Position numbers and translations under genes: made by a program
Origin: Lama guanicoe
Lineage: Eukaryota
Length of the DNA stretch: 64,000 nt
NCBI GenBank assembly: GCA_013239625.1
Contig: MU056050.1
Coordinates: 2,156,084 to 2,220,083 of the forward strand
Direction of reading: 5' to 3'
Notes under the pieces: generated by a model
Databases searched by the model: none
Told to the model about the DNA's origin: nothing
Seen by the model: only the letters and a program-made list of their open reading frames with translations
In this document: positions 38,941 to 52,228 of the stretch, piece by piece
Position numbering within the stretch: position 1 is the first letter of the stretch
Layout: every line of letters begins with the position of its first letter

Positions 38941-41900
38941 ATTCTGCCTAACAGCCAAATGTTGCAGACCCATCCCGTCCTAAAAGTGTTGAAATGTATT
39001 GCAAAGGCCCTTGGTGCCTTAGCCATTCTGGTGGCAAAAGTGTTTGGCCACAGAAGCCTGGCAAGGAATTGAGGTCTGTTTCTACTAGTGCAGAGTAACT
39101 GGCATGAGCTCTCCCAGCCCATCATGGCTCAATTGCCAGAGCTCTCGTGTCTCGAAAGAAAGACTGCCACACTCTGTAAATAGCTCAGTGCCCTCCTGGC
39201 ATTGTGCAGGCCACTAAACGGTGATGGAGAGCAAGGAAGATTTCTTGACATTGTTCAGACAAAGACTAGCTTTCTCACTGGATTTTGGTTTCTCCTCTGC
39301 CACATTCCCTGTACTGCATCCATTTAATCTCCACATTCTCCTCCTCTTTCTGGTTTGTGTCTGTATGAGTGAGGGAGCTTAAGAATTAGTGAGTCCCTTA
39401 CTTGTCTGTATTTTAGAAACCAACTTTCTACTGCTGAGTAGGTAAAAATTCTCCTGGAGGAGGCTACCCATCTTTTTCCTCCAGTTTTTTCTACTAAAGA
39501 CAAAATCAATAGTTTGGCTCTTACAGAAATGTCCAACCTCCCTCCTCGACCTCGAACAGGCGTCTTGTGCTTCCTGGGATTGTAACACAAGGTGATTTGG
39601 CGGAACTGATAGCAAACCAAGCTATTTGAGTGGACTGCCAAATCCCAGTTTCCTCTAAGACCTGCGGCTATAAAAAGTGGACATTCTTCTCATGCTTGGA
39701 GTGAGAGCTCTCCATTAGGAAGGATGATGTCCTAAGCTAAGTACATCTTCATCTTCATTTAGAAGTTTTCATCTTTCAGCATTGGGAAGTTTGCAACTTC
39801 TCTATCATGGATAGAAATGGAGAAAAGTAAAAATAGGCACTCATTTCTGGCAGGCCTGGCCTCTTGTGGTTTCCAAATTGCTTAAGAAAAAGAAGGGCAG
39901 AACCCCCCTCCCACTCTCCAGTGACTTCCCTAAGTGCTTAATAAGTAAAAGAATGGAGAACATGGAATGATTTCTTGCAGTAACATGAAAAGTACACAGA
40001 TAGGCACTGCTTTATCTTTAGGGCATTTTCTCTTATGCTTTTAGTATGTACAACAGATCCGAGTAGAAAAAAATGAAGAAAGGCAGAGATGAAAAAAGCT
40101 CTGCAAAGGAGATTTCAGTATCTGCCAGAAAGTCCCAAGAAAGAGTCAAAATGAATTAAACTTGTTAAAGAAGAAAGAAGCTAATCAGTCTCTTTTCATA
40201 TGATTCCTAAATGGTTTTGTTCCCCTCTAAAGAAATCAAATCAAGGTTGATGTTTGGGCCACCTTGTATCACTAAGAAGGCTATTTTTGAAAAAAAAAAA
40301 GTCAGTGGGACACAATGTGCCTCCATTATGTAAGCACGTCAGAACATCATGGACTTGAAAGTGTCCACCTGCTTTTAGAAGTTTTGATTTTGAGCTGGAT
40401 GTCTATAATATCACCAACATGGTAAGTGTCCCCAGCTCAATCATGGCTTACAGACCCCAAGTTTTTATGACTCCCAAATAGCATGTGTTTAAGAGGACAT
40501 TTAAAACATTCTGTTGCTAGCAGGGCTCTTAGATATCCTTTAGCTCCCCTTTTCATTCACGTTACACAGAAATGTGGAGACCAGCCAGGACTGACCACTA
40601 GAACTACCCACTGAGTGAACCAGGAAACCAAGGCCTGATATAGGACAGGGATGACAGGAATAGCAGCAGGGATTGTGACAAGGTCACAAAATCACACAGC
40701 TTGGTGGAGCTTAGTCTGTAACTCAAGTTTCATGACTCCTGGTCCAGTGCTCTGTCCACTGGGTCATACTGGCTCAGTTTACTAAGCTTGTCAGATTATG
40801 GGAAGATAAGCCCACCTTCCCTCAAGGGGCTTACAATCTAGTTGGATTCTGAGCTTTTCCATCTGAGATACCCCTCCTGTTTATCTGTGGCCTCCAGGAT
40901 AATGTAATAGACATCTCTAGCTTTCACTTGAAATATTTGAAAATCCAGGTAGACAGCTGGGGGTTTCTGCCCTTTGAGACATGATCTAACAGAAAAAGAG
41001 ACTCAGAAAAAGGGCTGGAAGGAAACTGAGGTCCTAATTGACAAAAGGACACCTCCCAGTGGGCAGCTGCCATGTTCCTTACGTTCCTAGCACGTAGAAC
41101 TCAGGATAAAGGTGGGGAGGAGGTCAGGGAGTTGCCCTGGGAAAGGCCAGATGAACTACCATCCAGATTGACACCTCTGCCTTAGAAGAGAGCAGAGCTT
41201 AGGGATGGAGATGGGGCTGGGCGACAGTTAACTCCAAGTCACATCCCCTGGGCATCCTCAGACTCCTTCACACTCCCGGGACAAATGGCAATTTTATAGA
41301 TGCTATTCACCCTGACATTTCTCTACCTAGAAGAAATTATCTCCTAGGTTGTCACTCTCCTAAGATAGATTCATTTTCCATTAAGAAAGACAGAAAGTCA
41401 ATCTGTCCTTCCAGCTAAAAGGCAGAGAAGCAAGGGTGCTGTAACAGATGCCAAATATTCTCTTCTCTTCTTCAGGCGATTACACTGGGCTTTGGCAGAA
41501 GGGCTGATGGTTTGATAAAAGTGCCCCTCTCTTTCAAATGAGGCATATGAACTCCAGAAGGAGCATTAATGACATGTGGAAGCCTGCCATTCTGAGCAGA
41601 GAGGGTGGGGAGATATTTCCAACCAAATTTAATCTCCTGAGGCCTTTACCGAGCTCCAGGGATACCCCTTATTTTCCCTCTGTCTTTAACTCTCTCAGCT
41701 CCCCAAGAACAAGGAGCCCTAACCAATAGATCCAGACTGGGACATCTGTTCTGGGTAAAGAAACGAGGAGGTCCTGTTGTGACACTGCTTGTTGTTGCAC
41801 AGATTTAAATAGACCTCATCCCTTTCCCCAGATCCAAACAATTGCAGACAGTAAATATCCCAGAGAGCACAGCCAATAAAGTAGTTTAAGTCCTGTCCCT

Positions 41901-44852
41901 CAACAGGAAGCAATTATATTCCTATTGTCTAGGCTGACTCTGCCCTACTCCTCTCTCCAACACATTTAAACTTTCCAAAGGAACTGTCTGCCAAAGGCTA
42001 CTAGAACCTCATGGCTGGTACATGGATGAGGGATCAGGTCACGTCTCCCTCTTCTCTCAGATAACGTATAACAGCTCATGTGCTACACGCCAATACATCG
42101 CCTACCCCCTTCCTCATCCTCCCCCTTTTTAGAGTAAGTGCTTTAAAATGGCAGCTGACAAGCTCCCACTCACGCATAGTCTCCAAGTGAGTTGCAGGTT
42201 TTGTATCAGATCATCAGGTGGTTAAGCTATAACATAATCCCTTCAGCTCAAGAAAAAATGTTTTAAATGACATTTAAATGAAGAGTCATTTCTGTCTTAA
42301 ACCTGTCAGACTCTTAAGTGCATCATCCATTTACATATGAGTTTGTTGGGTTTTAAGTTTTATGAAATTGATGACTTTGGCAACCCACCTATGAAAAGGA
42401 TTATAAATCCCCTCAGGCTAAATCCCCTCCAAAAATGCAGTTGCTCTGAGTTTGCCACTGGTGAGTAGAAAAATCAAACCTAATTTGGTGTGTTTACTGA
42501 GCCCACACAGCCACTCTTAAGCTGCTTGATTAAAATCCTTTAAGTAGTCAAGATGCAAGCAAAAGCACTAGCAAATTCTTACCCTGAACTCCTTCCATTC
42601 GCTGTTTTTTGTCCATCACCCAAAGCACCCTCACACCACGTACTTACCCACCTCGGTTTCTGAAAATGGCCTGCTGACAGCTATTTCTAGCACAGGCAGA
42701 GGCTTGAGGACAGAAGGCCGCTGGACTGGAGGTACTTCACTACTGACTAAGAATTTCAGCTCCTCCCCAGCCCCACTGATAATTATTAACGCTCTCTCCC
42801 AGTCACAGCTGGCTTTCATAAGGAGCAGAAACCAGGAAAGGAAGGCCATTTGGGAAGTTGCCTTTTTCCCTTTTTCACCAATATTGGCCTCCTAAATCTT
42901 TAACATGCCTTGAAAATGACCTTCCCACTCATCTGCATGCTACGGCAGTCCCAAGAGAGCTAAATGGGTATTTTCTGACACTAGTTACCTGCTCCTGTCC
43001 ATTTCCTCTACTAAGCATGTTGATGGCTCCACAGACATTATGCTAAGCAGGCTTTTATCTTTGAAACAAGCAACTATCACAAGAGCCTTTTCATATGGAG
43101 GAGAGGGTAGTGGTGGCAGAGGGAAAGGGCTCCTCCAAGGCTGGCTGTGAGCTGATATGACAGTTCTGCTGCATTGGTCTCACCAAGCATGCAGGAGGTG
43201 GGAGGGGTTGCTAAGTCTCCTACCAAGTTGACTGTCCTTGAGGCTTCATCAGTAGCTCCCTGCCTCTTTATCGGTTGAGCCTTCTTCCACCTGCTTTCTG
43301 CTATCCCTTTGTCTTTTTCTGTCTGTATAGGTTCTTTTTAAGGTTCAGCATTTTGGAGCCAGGTCCATATGCAAGAGGCTTAATTGAGCACAGATTTAAA
43401 TACTGTTCTTCATTGAAGACGCACCCTCTGAAAAAGCAAACTCTGCCATCTTTGGAAGAGTTCCTTAGAAAGAAACAATTCAGTAAAGGCAGAAAAGCCA
43501 GGCTGAGGAGAAAAGACAAATGCCTGAGGGGAGCAGGTTCTTCCTGTTGCCTTGTGTGACTTCAAAAGTCCTTCAAATTACGAATGGGTTTCTTTGGGAA
43601 TCTGTTTGTTTGCTGCATGTTCCTGGGAACCAGACAAGTCCCGCTTTGTCCAGCCGCATCTTGTTAGCATTTAGCTGTGCTTATCATCTGATGGGTGTTT
43701 CAGTTATTGAGTTAGTTTTTTTCTCTTAAAGGGTGTCAGGATTCTCCAACTCCTTTCGTTACCTGCTTGCAAAAGAACCCAGTTCCCCTAAACTCAATTC
43801 AAAGTGATTTTTCTCACACAAATATCCCATATTTCATCCTTCCAAAACAAAGAAATGGCAATCTCTCTGCAAACTATCCATTACTTTGACTATAGAGATC
43901 AAAAACTAGTTACATTAAGTAATTAAATCCAATGAGATCAAACGGGCAATGATACTAGTGGGGTATTTGCATGTTCTAAGCAGGAGGTAGAAATATGTTG
44001 GCAGGGACAGAAGGTGGCTTTGTCTGTGAGTTCTCTTGGCATGACAAGGCTCTTTCTAGCTGATTCAGACTCTCTCTGCCAAAAACCCACTAGCTTTCTG
44101 GCCAATTCCATGCTCCTCAGTAGCTTTTCTTTCTATGACCAGATCTGGCCCCAGGCAAAAAGGTGAAATAGATTAAAATTTGTTTTGGGCTTCCCTTCAG
44201 TTAGAAATGTGGAACTTGGTGATTCAGGAGTTAGCTGCAATGAGGGAAGAGTTGAAGCCATAGGTAATAACACTAAGGGGAAAAAATGAGGAACAGAACC
44301 TTAAAGGAGTCTTGCTTATTCCACAAACCCTCATTCATTATCTCCTAAACCAGGCCCTATGGATTGACCCTGGGGGTACAGAGGTACACCTTGATTGAGA
44401 GAGCAAAACTAGGGAGAAAAGGCAGAGAAGGAACATTCGGAGAGGTAGGAGGAGAACCCATAGTCATGAGTGTCAGAGAGCCGAGGAAAGAGGGGACATA
44501 TAGGGGGATATACCACCGAAGGCCAGTGCAGTCACATGAGCAGTTGATGTCTGCGGAAAGGTCTTTGAATTTGGTAATCAAGTATATAGCTCAAGAAGCA
44601 ATTTCAGTAAATTGGAAGGTGGGGGGGGTGGAAGTTAGATCACAGGTGTATAAGGAAAAAGTTGGGTTAAAATCAAGAGATGATAAAGGTGCATTTTTTC
44701 AAGAAAATTAGTGGTGACAGGGAAGAATTTCATATGATTAAAAGGGTAGTAGGATCAAAAAAAGGTGGGAGAAGTGGGTTTTGTTTCATTTTTCTTTGTC
44801 AGTAAACAGAATTACCTGAGTAGGAGGTAATTATTAAATGAATAAGAGCTGT

Positions 44853-45030
44853 AAATGGTTTTCAGTTTACAGCAAGCATTAGAATCACCTGGAGGGCCAC
44901 CTGAGCACCCCCTACTCCTAAGTTTCTTATTTCATAAACATGGAGTAGAGCCTGAGAATTGACATTTCTAACGAGTTCCCAGGTGACTCTGATGCTGCTA
45001 GTCTGGGGAATCACAAATTGAGAACCACTG
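44853..45030. mobile_element. MER5A (hAT-Charlie)
   Basis: gcattagaatcacctggaggg...cctgagaattgacatttctaacgagttcccaggtgactctgatgctgct...ttgagaaccactg. Confidence 0.8.
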
Positions 45031-45674
45031 GAATAGGCTGAGAAGGAGAAACAGTGAAAGAGAATAAATAGAGCTGAGTTTTAAGAAGAGGCAGAAGAAT
45101 ATGAGATGCACGGAGTAAGTAGATTAAATCCTGGAAAGAAAGAGTTTGCTTTCTATGAGATGGGAATGACAGAAGGGATGGATGAAGATACAGCAATATG
45201 TTGAGAAGGAGAAAAGGACACTGAGGTGATGGAGCTCAGAGCAGATGGCTTCCATCTTCTCAGTAAAGGAAGAGACAAGACCATCTGCAGAGAGGGTAGG
45301 ATTGGTAGGGATTAGAGACCGGGAAAAGTTTGGAATAAGCATAATTCACAGACTTAAAGGAGAATCAACCTTACGGTGATAGATGGTGGATTTAATTTCA
45401 GAAATGGTGAGTTTATGGTGGTGATCAGACTTCAAGGTAGATTTGGTCAGTAGGCTGTTGGTATCAATAACTGCATACTTTCTGCAGCATATTTTTGTCT
45501 CTTTTGTCCGTCTTGCTCGCTGCTTCATCCCTGGCACCAAGAACAGTGCTTGGCACAGAATAGGCACTTATACACACTAGAATGGACCTGAGAGGCATTG
45601 GCTGAGGTTGATAATTATATGTAAAAGTAATACACACTAGAAACCTGCAAATATCTATGGAGTTAGAATTTTTT

Positions 45675-45878
45675 GATGGTTAAGAGTGAGTTCCGGAATC
45701 TGAAGACCAGGGTTTCAATCCCAGCCTCTCAGTGCCTCACTTTCTCTAACATGGGCATGATCAAGTACCAACCACAAGGTTGCTGTGAGGATTAAATGAC
45801 ATAATACATATATAAGGTGCTTAGCACAGTGTCTCACACAGAGTAAGCAGAGTCAATGTTAGCTGGCTGTTTATTACT
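45675..45878 (+). mobile_element. MIR SINE
   Basis: tggttaagagtg...ggtttcaatcccagc...gttgctgtgaggattaaatgacataataca...gtgcttagcacagtgtctcacaca. Confidence 0.8.
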
Positions 45879-47066
45879 GCATTTCCCCTTAAATTAATTG
45901 AGGAGTGTCTCTTAACCAGTTTGAGTCACAGTAGTGTCCTGCATAGTTAGCTCAGTAGTGTAAATCAAAGTAGTAAAACATCATCTTTTAAAAAACAAAC
46001 CCTATCTCAGACCTCATCATTCTTCCCTCACCTCTCCCCATGGGTAGGGACATTGAAGCATAACTCTATTTAACATAGAAAAAATGATCATCAAAATTGT
46101 TTTCACTTTATATCTGATATATCATCCAAAATCCTTCCTTAGTCAGAAGCATTTTTCTAAGTATGCATTTGAAGGCCGGGCTCCAGATAAAACCTACTAC
46201 TGCCATAAAGGAACAACTGTGGAAGACAAAAGAAGTAAATGCAGAAGTTCCTAGTGCCTATTTTCATGGCACTAATATAAAAACATTGTCTGCCTTTGCC
46301 TGAGCTAACTATGCAGGGCACTACTGATACATTTATTTTATTGATCCAACACATGTCAGGGCTACACTGATATGTGTCACTAGAAATGATGGCTTACTGT
46401 ATAAATTAACATGTATTCTAATAACTGCCTTAGCCTTGTTATTGTCCATGCAGAATTCTTTCATGTTTACCTATATCAATGATCAGCAGCTTATTTTTTA
46501 GGCAACTACAGTTGCTTTAGTTTAGTATCTGTTGCAGTGATAGATACAAAAATTGAAGATTGAGTCCCTGCCTTCAAAGAACCTATGTTCTACTAGCAAT
46601 ACTCTCAAACAATTAATTCAAGAATAATGGCAAGCACACAAGTGTTAAGCTGGGTACTGTAGTCCTGTGTGGCACCTCATGGTGGGGAGCGAGGCACATA
46701 CAAAAAGTATAGACTATTTATCCTTGCCCCACAAGAATTTCTAGTCAGGTAAGAGAGATAAGACATAAGAGCATAAAAATTAAAATAAGAAGAGTTAAAT
46801 AGTGATATGTCACAAGGGAGTACAAGTTGAGTTGCAAGGTAGCAAAATAATTTTTAGAAAGAAAAAACTGAATCAGTTGCCCCAAGCCAATATGCATCAG
46901 AGGACAAAAAGCCAGCCAGTGTCCTTTCCTTTACTTACTGTCAAATCAAGCATTTTAGGACCCATTGAATGCTACTACTTGTCTAACCAAAGCATTGACA
47001 AATCAGTTGGTTGCAGTGACTTAGACTTTATATTTCCACCAAAGAGATATATTAAGTGGCAAATGA

Positions 47067-47657
<591 letters not shown>

Positions 47658-48039
47658 TGAAGTGAGTGTGTTCCTGGTGTTGCTTTGAATGTTTTTTATG
47701 CATTTCTATGGTATCATATATTTATACACTTTAGAGCAAACATTTGAACTCTGAGTAAAGGCAAAATTGTAGGCTAATTTTGATATTATTCAGATAAAGC
47801 TAATACTAAATCTTGATCAGAGCAAATAAGCATGTTTTCCTCATTAATTGAGCTAGAACATTTTCTCATTTGTCCAGAGATTAGCTCTAGAAAAAATTTA
47901 AAAGAAGATAGAACTCTTCTTTAACATTTTTAAAAGATTTTTAAAATTTTAAAAACCCTCCTATCTTCTCCTTTCTGTGTCCTCCTTTTTCATTTTGCTC
48001 TCAGAGTGCCTAAAACTATTTCACTGTAGTATCTCACCC

Positions 48040-49470
48040 AAGTTTTAAAACTAAAACTATAAAACTTCTAAAAGAAACCATGGAAGGAATTCTGTGTGAC
48101 CTTATATTGAACAGAGAATTTTCAGAACACAAAAAGCACAATCCACTGTAAAAACTGATAAACTGGACTTCATCAAAGTTCAAAACTGTTACATTTCAAA
48201 ACACATCATTAGGAAAATGAAAAGACAAGCCTCAGTGGGAGAAAATATTAGCAAATCATACATCTGATAAAGGACTTATATCCAGAATATAGAAAGATCT
48301 CTTGCAACTCAGTAAAAAGAAAATAAACAACCCAGTTCTAAAAATGGATGAAAGATTTGAATAGACATTTTCCCAAAGAAGATATACAAATGGCTAATAA
48401 TCATATGAAAAGATGCTCAACCCCATTAGTTATTAGGGAAATGCAAATTAAAATCACAGTGAGATACCTCTACACATACTCTAGAATGTCTATAATCAAA
48501 AAGCCAGATAATACCAAGTGGTGATGAGGATGTGAAATGGCTATAGCTTTCATTCATTAGCAGTGTGAATGCAAACTGCGACAGCCAAATTGGAAAATGG
48601 CTTGGCAGTTTCTTATAATTACATATACACTTAAAATACGACACAGCAATTCTACTCTTAGTTATTTACCTAACAGAAAACATACATCCACATAAAGCTT
48701 TATACATAAATGTTCACGTTCACAGGAACTTTATTTGATATAGCCAAAAAGTTGAAACAACCCAAATGTCCATCAACAGATAAATGGATAAACAAAATGT
48801 GTTATATCCATACCGTATTTGGAATGGAAAACTATTCAGCAACTTAAAAGACTACTGATACATGCTACTACGTGAACTTTGAAAACATGATGCTAAATGA
48901 AAGAAGCCAGACACAAAATGCCACATGCCATATGATTTCATTTCTTGAATTCCATTTATTGACTATCCCATATTGTATTATTCCATTTGCCCAGAATAGG
49001 CAAATCCATAGAGACAGAAAGTACATTAGTGGTTTCCAGGAGCTTGGAGGGAGCAGAGAGGGGCTAATTGGGACCAGGGTTAGGGGGAGGCAAGTGAGGC
49101 TGAGTAGAGCAAGTACAGGGGTCAGGTCCAGTCTTTATTTAAAAATTTGCTATTTTGTTCATCATGGACTTTTTACATTAATTTTTTTTAAATATTGCAT
49201 TAAATGCTATTTTTCTTGATTAGATTTTGGCACCCCCCCTTAACTTTTGTGTGTGGGGCAAATGCCTCACTCGCCTCACCCTGGTCCCGTCTCTATCAGG
49301 ATTAACCACAATGGGCACTAGGGAACTTTTCAGAGTGATGGCAATGTTCCAGAACTGGGTTGTGGTGATGGTTACGCAACTCTAAATTTACTAAAATCAT
49401 TCATTGTACACTTACATTGGTGGATTTTATGGTATGCAAATTTTATCTCAGTGAAGCTATTGAAAATATT
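48040..49470 (+). mobile_element. Old L1M (L1MB/ME-type) ORF2 end and 3' UTR
   Basis: aaaactataaaacttctaaaagaaa, gcaaatcatacatctgataaagga, agggaaatgcaaattaaaatcacag, aacaacccaaatgtccatcaacag, ggtgatggttac...gtacactta. Confidence 0.88.
49066..49294. mobile_element. hAT-Tip100 MITE (MER96B-like) nested in the L1
   Basis: Terminal inverted repeats gggaccagggt...gaggcaagtgaggc (from 49070) and gcctcactcgcctcaccctggtccc (49264-49288); L1 sequence resumes on both sides. Confidence 0.7.
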
Positions 49471-50431
49471 GAATGTGAATGTCCTAAACCTCACCCACTT
49501 AGAGTGTTAACTCATCTAAACCAAAATGGTCATGAACTCATCATCACAAAATATTGTAAGCAAACGTAACATCTTTATAATCAGAAAAAAAATTGTTTTT
49601 TTCTGAAAAAGCTGTAGCTTTGGCAAAATCAAACATTAATCCAAATACTGACCAGAGTCAATTATATAAATATACAGGGATTTTCCTTTAGAATATAAGG
49701 ACTTAGAAGGTCCCTACCATGTTTTTACAGTGTACTTCATTTTGAGATTATCCACTTGGAGGACAAAACATTTAAAATGAAGTTCTGCAGTAAAACTCAC
49801 TGGTAACCATCTTCGGCAGCTTTTCAGTATAACATTTGTGAGGCAAGCCCATTTGTCTAAGTCATTCTTTTTTTGCCACCCTCATTCTGCTTGGTCAGAT
49901 TCTCCGAATTATTTCTCTCCCTGTTCCTTTTGGGCCTCGAATGTGAATCTATCATTTTGTGATATCATCTGGGAGTTCAATCTACTAGTTTCTTTCTTCT
50001 CTTATTTTTTCAAATGTTCACTTCAAGAGACGAGGGTTTTTGAATGATCCCGTAATTGAATGGTTTTTAACATGGCTGGTAATCTGTGTTGAGACAATGC
50101 TAAAGAGTTATTAAGGCTGGAGATTTTATTGGTTTCTGTAAGTGAATTTTCAGAACTAAATTTGTGATACCCGCACCGGCATGCTGCGTACTACTGTGTA
50201 TACCCAAATAGGACTCTTAAAAGGCCATTTGTTTTTGGAAGTATTTATGCATATTGCCTAATTAAGTAATAACTTAAATATGATGACCTGAAAATGACAA
50301 GCTGGAAAGATTCTTTTTTTTTTTTTTGGTAGCAGAATTTAAGCTGTGGCTCTTCTGTAGCACTGAAATATATCAAATGGTTTTTTCAAGCTACGGGTTT
50401 CATTATAGTGCACTAGACACTGTCTGATAGA

Positions 50432-50650
50432 GCAATGGCTTTCAAATATTTTGACCATGGCCCTCAGTAAGAAATACATTTTCCATCACAGCTCAGTATA
50501 CATATATGTACATAACAAAAGCTTCACCTGACATTATCACCCTTACAGTATGCCATGCACTCTGATATTCTCCATTCTGTTTCATTGTTTAAAAACCACT
50601 GATTGCAACTCAACCCAGCAATGGGGCACACAGCCTATGGAACAACACAG
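50432..50650. mobile_element. hAT-Charlie relic (MER119-like)
   Basis: caatggctttcaaatattttgaccatg...cagtaagaaatacatttt...; family assignment tentative. Confidence 0.45.
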
Positions 50651-52049
50651 GTCTAGAGTAACAGGTATTCTCCTTACTGTGCTTTTGAATAATAAATTAT
50701 TATTTTTTCTACCATATGAGTGATCTCTCCTCCAATACTGTCTTTTGGGTCCTTCAGAAAAAATTATATATTTAAGTCTCACAATAAAATGTTATACTTT
50801 GCATATTTATTATATACAAGTAAGGAGAAAACATGTTTCTCCTCGTCTTGAGAGCTTTATTGGTTATATATTTGTGCTCAGTTGGATAGCAACAAACCCC
50901 ACTGTAACGTGCTTCTCTTTTAATAGATTTAGAAATTCCCGCTAATAACATTGTTGCGCTTTGAGATTCACAGTTGCCTTCACTGCAAATGCTAGCATCA
51001 CACTTTATTTCTGTTCAATGGCCATTCTTGGAATGTAAACTCTGCAGAAAGCCCAGAATGGGAGCATGCATTTGTACCCTCTGACTTTTCTCAGAATTGA
51101 GGCAATTCAAGAAATTATGAGACCACCTGTTAAAGTAGAATTATCAAATATTATAGGAGGAGGAGACATCAGAGAGAAATTGATCTAGCTGCTTCCGTTT
51201 AACTGAGGGCAGAGGAACAACCTTCTCTGTGGTCCCACTGCATCTGGGCACTTTATCTGCATTATCATAGGAATTTTAATCCTCAAAACACTACCAGAGG
51301 GTGGGCATTAGACTTATTTTTAAGTTGGAGGTGATGCTCAGGTTAAATAATTTGCCCATCCACACAGTTAATAACAAAGCCAGTATTTAAACTTAACACC
51401 AATTCCAAAACCCATGCTCTTTCCACTCTGTCCTGCTCTTCTCATCCCATAGACAAAGGAACAGTGCCCGGAGAGATAATGTGAGGGAAGCCAAGGTCGT
51501 GGAGGCTCGAAGAGCCAGCAGTATGATTATTTCCGCTGCCACACACTGCCTGCCACTACCGACCTAAAGCTGCAGTGTTTGTTTCCTTTTTTCCTCATGC
51601 TCATTCACAAGAGCTGTTTTCCAGTCTCCCAACCTCTGATGAAACAGTGCCTTTGCCCTGGCTGTTAAAGAGAGCAGGCAGTGAGCATTTAAAAATGCTG
51701 CTGAACACGTGTTCACTCAAAAAGACTGGGAAATCAGCAATGAGCCATCATGAGGAAAACTGAACATGATTCCATCTCCATCAAATAAAGCTATTACCAA
51801 TAACCGAGAAGCTGAAAGAGTCCATGTCAGTATTAGGTTTGATGTTTTCAGCTCCCTCAGAGTGACCAGTTCCGGTGGAGACTGAATCACCCATAGAGAG
51901 AGCAATCAGTGGAAGAAGCTGAGGTTATATCCATACACGAACTAATCTGTCAGGGGGAGTCAGGAGAAAGTATGAGAAGACCACACTCAACCCTCTTCCC
52001 CCTGATTGTGGGGGTGAGGAGATAGCCAGTGGGTGTAGCCAGATGGAGG

Positions 52050-52228
52050 GAGCATGGTGGTTAAGTATGCGGGTGCTGGAGTTACTCTCACTAGATTCGC
52101 ACTCTGCTTAGCTGTTGTGTAATGTGGTGTGAGTTGGTAAACCTTGCTAAGCCTCAGTTCCTCATCTGTAAAATGCAAAGCACAGCACCTGACATGTAGT
52201 AAGCTCGCAATACAGGTTCGCTGTTACC
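52050..52228 (+). mobile_element. MIR SINE
   Basis: gcatggtggttaagtatg...gcctcagttcctcatctgtaaaatg...gcacagcacctgacatgtagtaagctcgcaata. Confidence 0.75.

Noticed and set aside
43608..43619. TTTGCTGCAT complementary to the Q/R site
   Set aside because: Lies about 3.9 kb upstream in intron 10 with no extended pairing; a 9-10-nt match is expected by chance.
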